From contig CAZFGR010000004.1 in NCBI GenBank assembly GCA_964518475.1, forward strand, positions 39,675 to 103,674: a stretch of 64,000 bases of DNA, in the 5' to 3' direction. The stretch is from an uncultured Nitrososphaerota archaeon (GTDB lineage Archaea; Asgardarchaeota; Njordarchaeia; Njordarchaeales; Njordarchaeaceae). The position numbers and the translations under genes are program-made. Position 1 is the stretch's first letter; every line of letters begins with the position of its first letter. Shown here piece by piece: positions 61,647 to 64,000 of this stretch. The notes beneath the pieces were generated by a model. It was not told where the DNA came from, did no database searches, and was given only the letters and a program-made list of their open reading frames with translations.

Positions 61647-61882
61647 ATGCCTAGGAAGTGTGGCTCAGCGAAGAAAGAATTAGATGAAGCAGATATTAAG
61701 ATCCTGAAAGCTCTCGCAGAACTCGGCAAACCCGTTGGTTGCAAAGAAATCGCAGAACACATAGGAGAAAGCGTTAGACATGTCATGGGGAAGCTTAGAG
61801 GATTAAAAACCGTGGACTAGTGGAATCGCCCGAAAAAGGAAAATACGTTATAACAGACCAAGGACGCGAGAAGATAGGATAA
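61647..61882 (+). pseudogene. Small winged-helix protein, -1 frameshift in A-run (not in ORF track)
   Basis: 'DIKILKALAELGKPVGCKEIAEHIG..VMGKLRGLK/NRGLVESPEKGKYVITDQG'. Confidence 0.7.
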
Positions 61883-61905
61883 GAGCGATACTGGATACAA
61901 TTTCT

Positions 61906-62868
61906 TCATCGGTGAGATATGTAGGTATAAGATGCTAGCTTTGCTACGAGTTTCGTTATCTTAATTACTTTTTCAAAGAATTCATATTTCTTTCTCGTTA
62001 TTTTATTGGTTTTTAAGAAAATATCGTTAAGGAGACTGGAACGAATAGTTGAGCAATTAGTGTTCACAAGGTTGCATGATGAAAAAATGTCTAGGAATAC
62101 CCTGGTGGATATTAAAAGAAGCATGGCACCTAGGATTAGCCTGAGCTTTCTCTGATTTAGTCTCAGATTTGTTCTCCCTCCTATTTGAGCCCCGATGAAG
62201 GCTCCTGTACCCATGATTAATCCGACGAAGTAGTTTATTTTACCGTATATGTTATGTACTGTTAGATTAGCTATTGTTGTCAGAATCATCATATAAGTGG
62301 ATGTAGCGATTGCTACTCTCTCAGGAATACCGATTACAAGAATTAAAATCGGAACCTTTATACTGCCCCCGCTTAGACCAACACTACCAGATATAAAGCC
62401 TGCCAAGAATGCGCCTAGTAAACCAATGATTAAATGCGACTTCTTTATCTTACTTAAAGGTTTATTGGTTCGGGTGATTCTCTTTGATGAGAAATATTCA
62501 TGGATTAATTTTAGAGCTGATAAGGAAAGCACTGTAGCGAACAAGAATTCGATAATTGTTTTACTCATTATATTCGTGAAATAGGATCCTATTACTCCTC
62601 CAGGAATAGTCGCCACTTCGAGGAGAGTACCTAATTTATAATTTATCTTAACTTTTCTTCTGTAATAGAGATAGGCGGAGCTCGTCGTGAAGAGAGCTAT
62701 TAGGATGGATGTGCTTACGGCTGAGTGAATATCGAATCCGTAAACGAATAGGAGGGTTGGAACGAATAACGTTCCACCACCTAACCCCACTATAGCCACT
62801 AGGAATCCGATAGCAACACCAATAATAAATGTTATTACTGGATGCATCTCAGATAATCTCCCGTGCAA
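61906..62868 (-). CDS. TauE/SafE family (sulfite exporter-like) membrane protein
   Basis: 'VGLGGG..FVP', 'VGLSGG..KVP', 'AIATS'; the C-terminal 60 aa may be read-through from a frameshift. Confidence 0.88.
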   Translation of the reverse strand: MHGRLSEMHPVITFIIGVAIGFLVAIVGLGGGTLFVPTLLFVYGFDIHSAVSTSILIALFTTSSAYLYYRRKVKINYKLGTLLEVATIPGGVIGSYFTNIMSKTIIEFLFATVLSLSALKLIHEYFSSKRITRTNKPLSKIKKSHLIIGLLGAFLAGFISGSVGLSGGSIKVPILILVIGIPERVAIATSTYMMILTTIANLTVHNIYGKINYFVGLIMGTGAFIGAQIGGRTNLRLNQRKLRLILGAMLLLISTRVFLDIFSSCNLVNTNCSTIRSSLLNDIFLKTNKITRKKYEFFEKVIKITKLVAKLASYTYISHR

Positions 62869-62956
62869 AATCTTTGTGACTTAGAACTATTAAGGAACGT
62901 AGGGGAATTAAGTATTGCTTCAAAATAAAATTTTCGGATATATCTCGGATAGTAGC

Positions 62957-63685
62957 TCATTTCCTAAGTTCTTCTCTTAGAGTGATTATCCGATCGGGAT
63001 AGTCTGAAGCGATGCCATCCACACCGTTCTCTAATACCTTTCTAGCTATCGTTAAGTCATTTATTGTCCATGCAACTACTTTTAGCCGCAGTTTATGAGC
63101 TATATTGTTAGCCTTTTTCGTTGCAATGGGGTACCTTGGGAGCACTATCTTAGCACCTAGCTTCTTAGCATCGAAGATTCTTCCTGGAGGTGTAGCATAT
63201 ATTAAGCCAGTAACGATTCTCTCCGCGTTTCTTTTCACGATTTTTAAAACTTCATCATGGAAACTTATTATTGCTACCCACTCAGCAGCATTCTCCTTAA
63301 TTACCTTTTCAATAACTTTATTCGTAGCGCTAACCTCCTTTATTTCAATAAAGAGCCCTACTCTCCCATCAATCAGTGATATAGCTTCATCTAAGCTCGC
63401 TATAGTATCCTCGCCAATACGTATTTTTTCTCTTAACTCTTTTAAAGAATAGTCCCTAGGCTTTATCTTAACCCCTGCTACCCTAGAGAAATCTTCGTCA
63501 TGAAGCAGAATAATCTCTCCATCTTTAGTCATTCTCACATCAATCTCCACGACATCTACTCCTATCTCTATAGCCTTCTTAATAGCTGTTAGAGTATTCT
63601 CGGGAGCAAGACCCGCCGCACCCCTATGCCCTATGATGGCGAATGGTTTAGTTTCCAGAAAGCTAAGCACCATATCAAGCACCAA
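62957..63685 (-). CDS. Glycerophosphodiester phosphodiesterase
   Basis: 'GHRG...PENT', 'EIDV', 'HD', 'EIK', 'WTIN', 'SDYP'. Confidence 0.95.
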   Translation of the reverse strand: MVLDMVLSFLETKPFAIIGHRGAAGLAPENTLTAIKKAIEIGVDVVEIDVRMTKDGEIILLHDEDFSRVAGVKIKPRDYSLKELREKIRIGEDTIASLDEAISLIDGRVGLFIEIKEVSATNKVIEKVIKENAAEWVAIISFHDEVLKIVKRNAERIVTGLIYATPPGRIFDAKKLGAKIVLPRYPIATKKANNIAHKLRLKVVAWTINDLTIARKVLENGVDGIASDYPDRIITLREELRK

Positions 63686-63840
63686 TACTGCTACATTATG
63701 AGCTAGTGATAATGCGGTTAATATGTTTTTCTTTTAGTTAGTTGCGTGCATATTATCTAACCATATATCGTCTACTGATATACTTATATACTTAGCTACA
63801 ATGATAGTGTATATTTAAGAGTGTTGGCTAGTGATGTAGA

Positions 63841-63987
63841 ATGTCTACAACGATTAGAGTTTCAGTCGAAACTGCTAAGAAACTTGAGAACTTGAAGCGA
63901 AGCATGAATGCAAAATCTATCGAGGAAGTTTTTAATCACACTCCTTTTTTTCACATAGTATTCCACAAGTCTGCCTCGAGAGAGTGA
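63841..63987 (+). pseudogene. Truncated RHH-like (VapB-type) antitoxin
   Basis: 'MSTTIRVSVETAKKLENLKRSMNAKSIEEV' then unrelated residues; palindrome GTAGA-ATG-TCTAC over the start codon. Confidence 0.5.
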
Positions 63988-64000
63988 TGACAGTCTAATT

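Noticed and set aside
1857-63452. Many antisense or overlapping ORFs in the track (e.g. 1857..2267, 7465..7854, 13371..13859, 51629..52093, 61331..61786)
   Set aside because: Shadow ORFs opposite well-supported genes, with no motifs.
63984-64000. Possible C box (GTGATGA) at the window end
   Set aside because: Truncated by the window edge; cannot be evaluated.

Overview
64 kb of chromosome from a thermophilic archaeon, inferred from Hjc-like nuclease, AGOG, AlaX, a C/D box sRNA, TATA promoters and K/E/I-rich proteins. The lineage cannot be fixed; a longin-like membrane protein hints at TACK/Asgard affinity. The window is mostly transport and housekeeping genes: three MFS, DASS, three cation:proton antiporters, GDT1, ABC exporter, moaA/moaC, sua5, nth, sfsA, gyaR, cyoE, rubrerythrin, DPS-like and a LutABC-like cluster. 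It also holds a rare archaeal mannose-family PTS with fused EIIC-EIID, many toxin-antitoxin modules and remnants, and about ten broken genes, many disrupted at homopolymer runs. The best candidate for an undescribed system is at 56552-57395. There a divergent DUF3800-like (RNase H-fold) ORF is followed by an apparently separately transcribed, GC-rich array of 2.8 identical 55-nt hairpin units carrying K-turn/K-loop motifs, suggesting a nuclease-structured RNA (type III TA-like or RNP) module. Other unannotated RNA elements are a C/D box guide (2981-3030), an unidentified structured GC-rich element (49150-49232) and a 5'-UTR K-turn (34901-34932). No tRNA, rRNA, CRISPR array or transposase was recognised. 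All assignments come from motif recognition by eye; no database searches were run.
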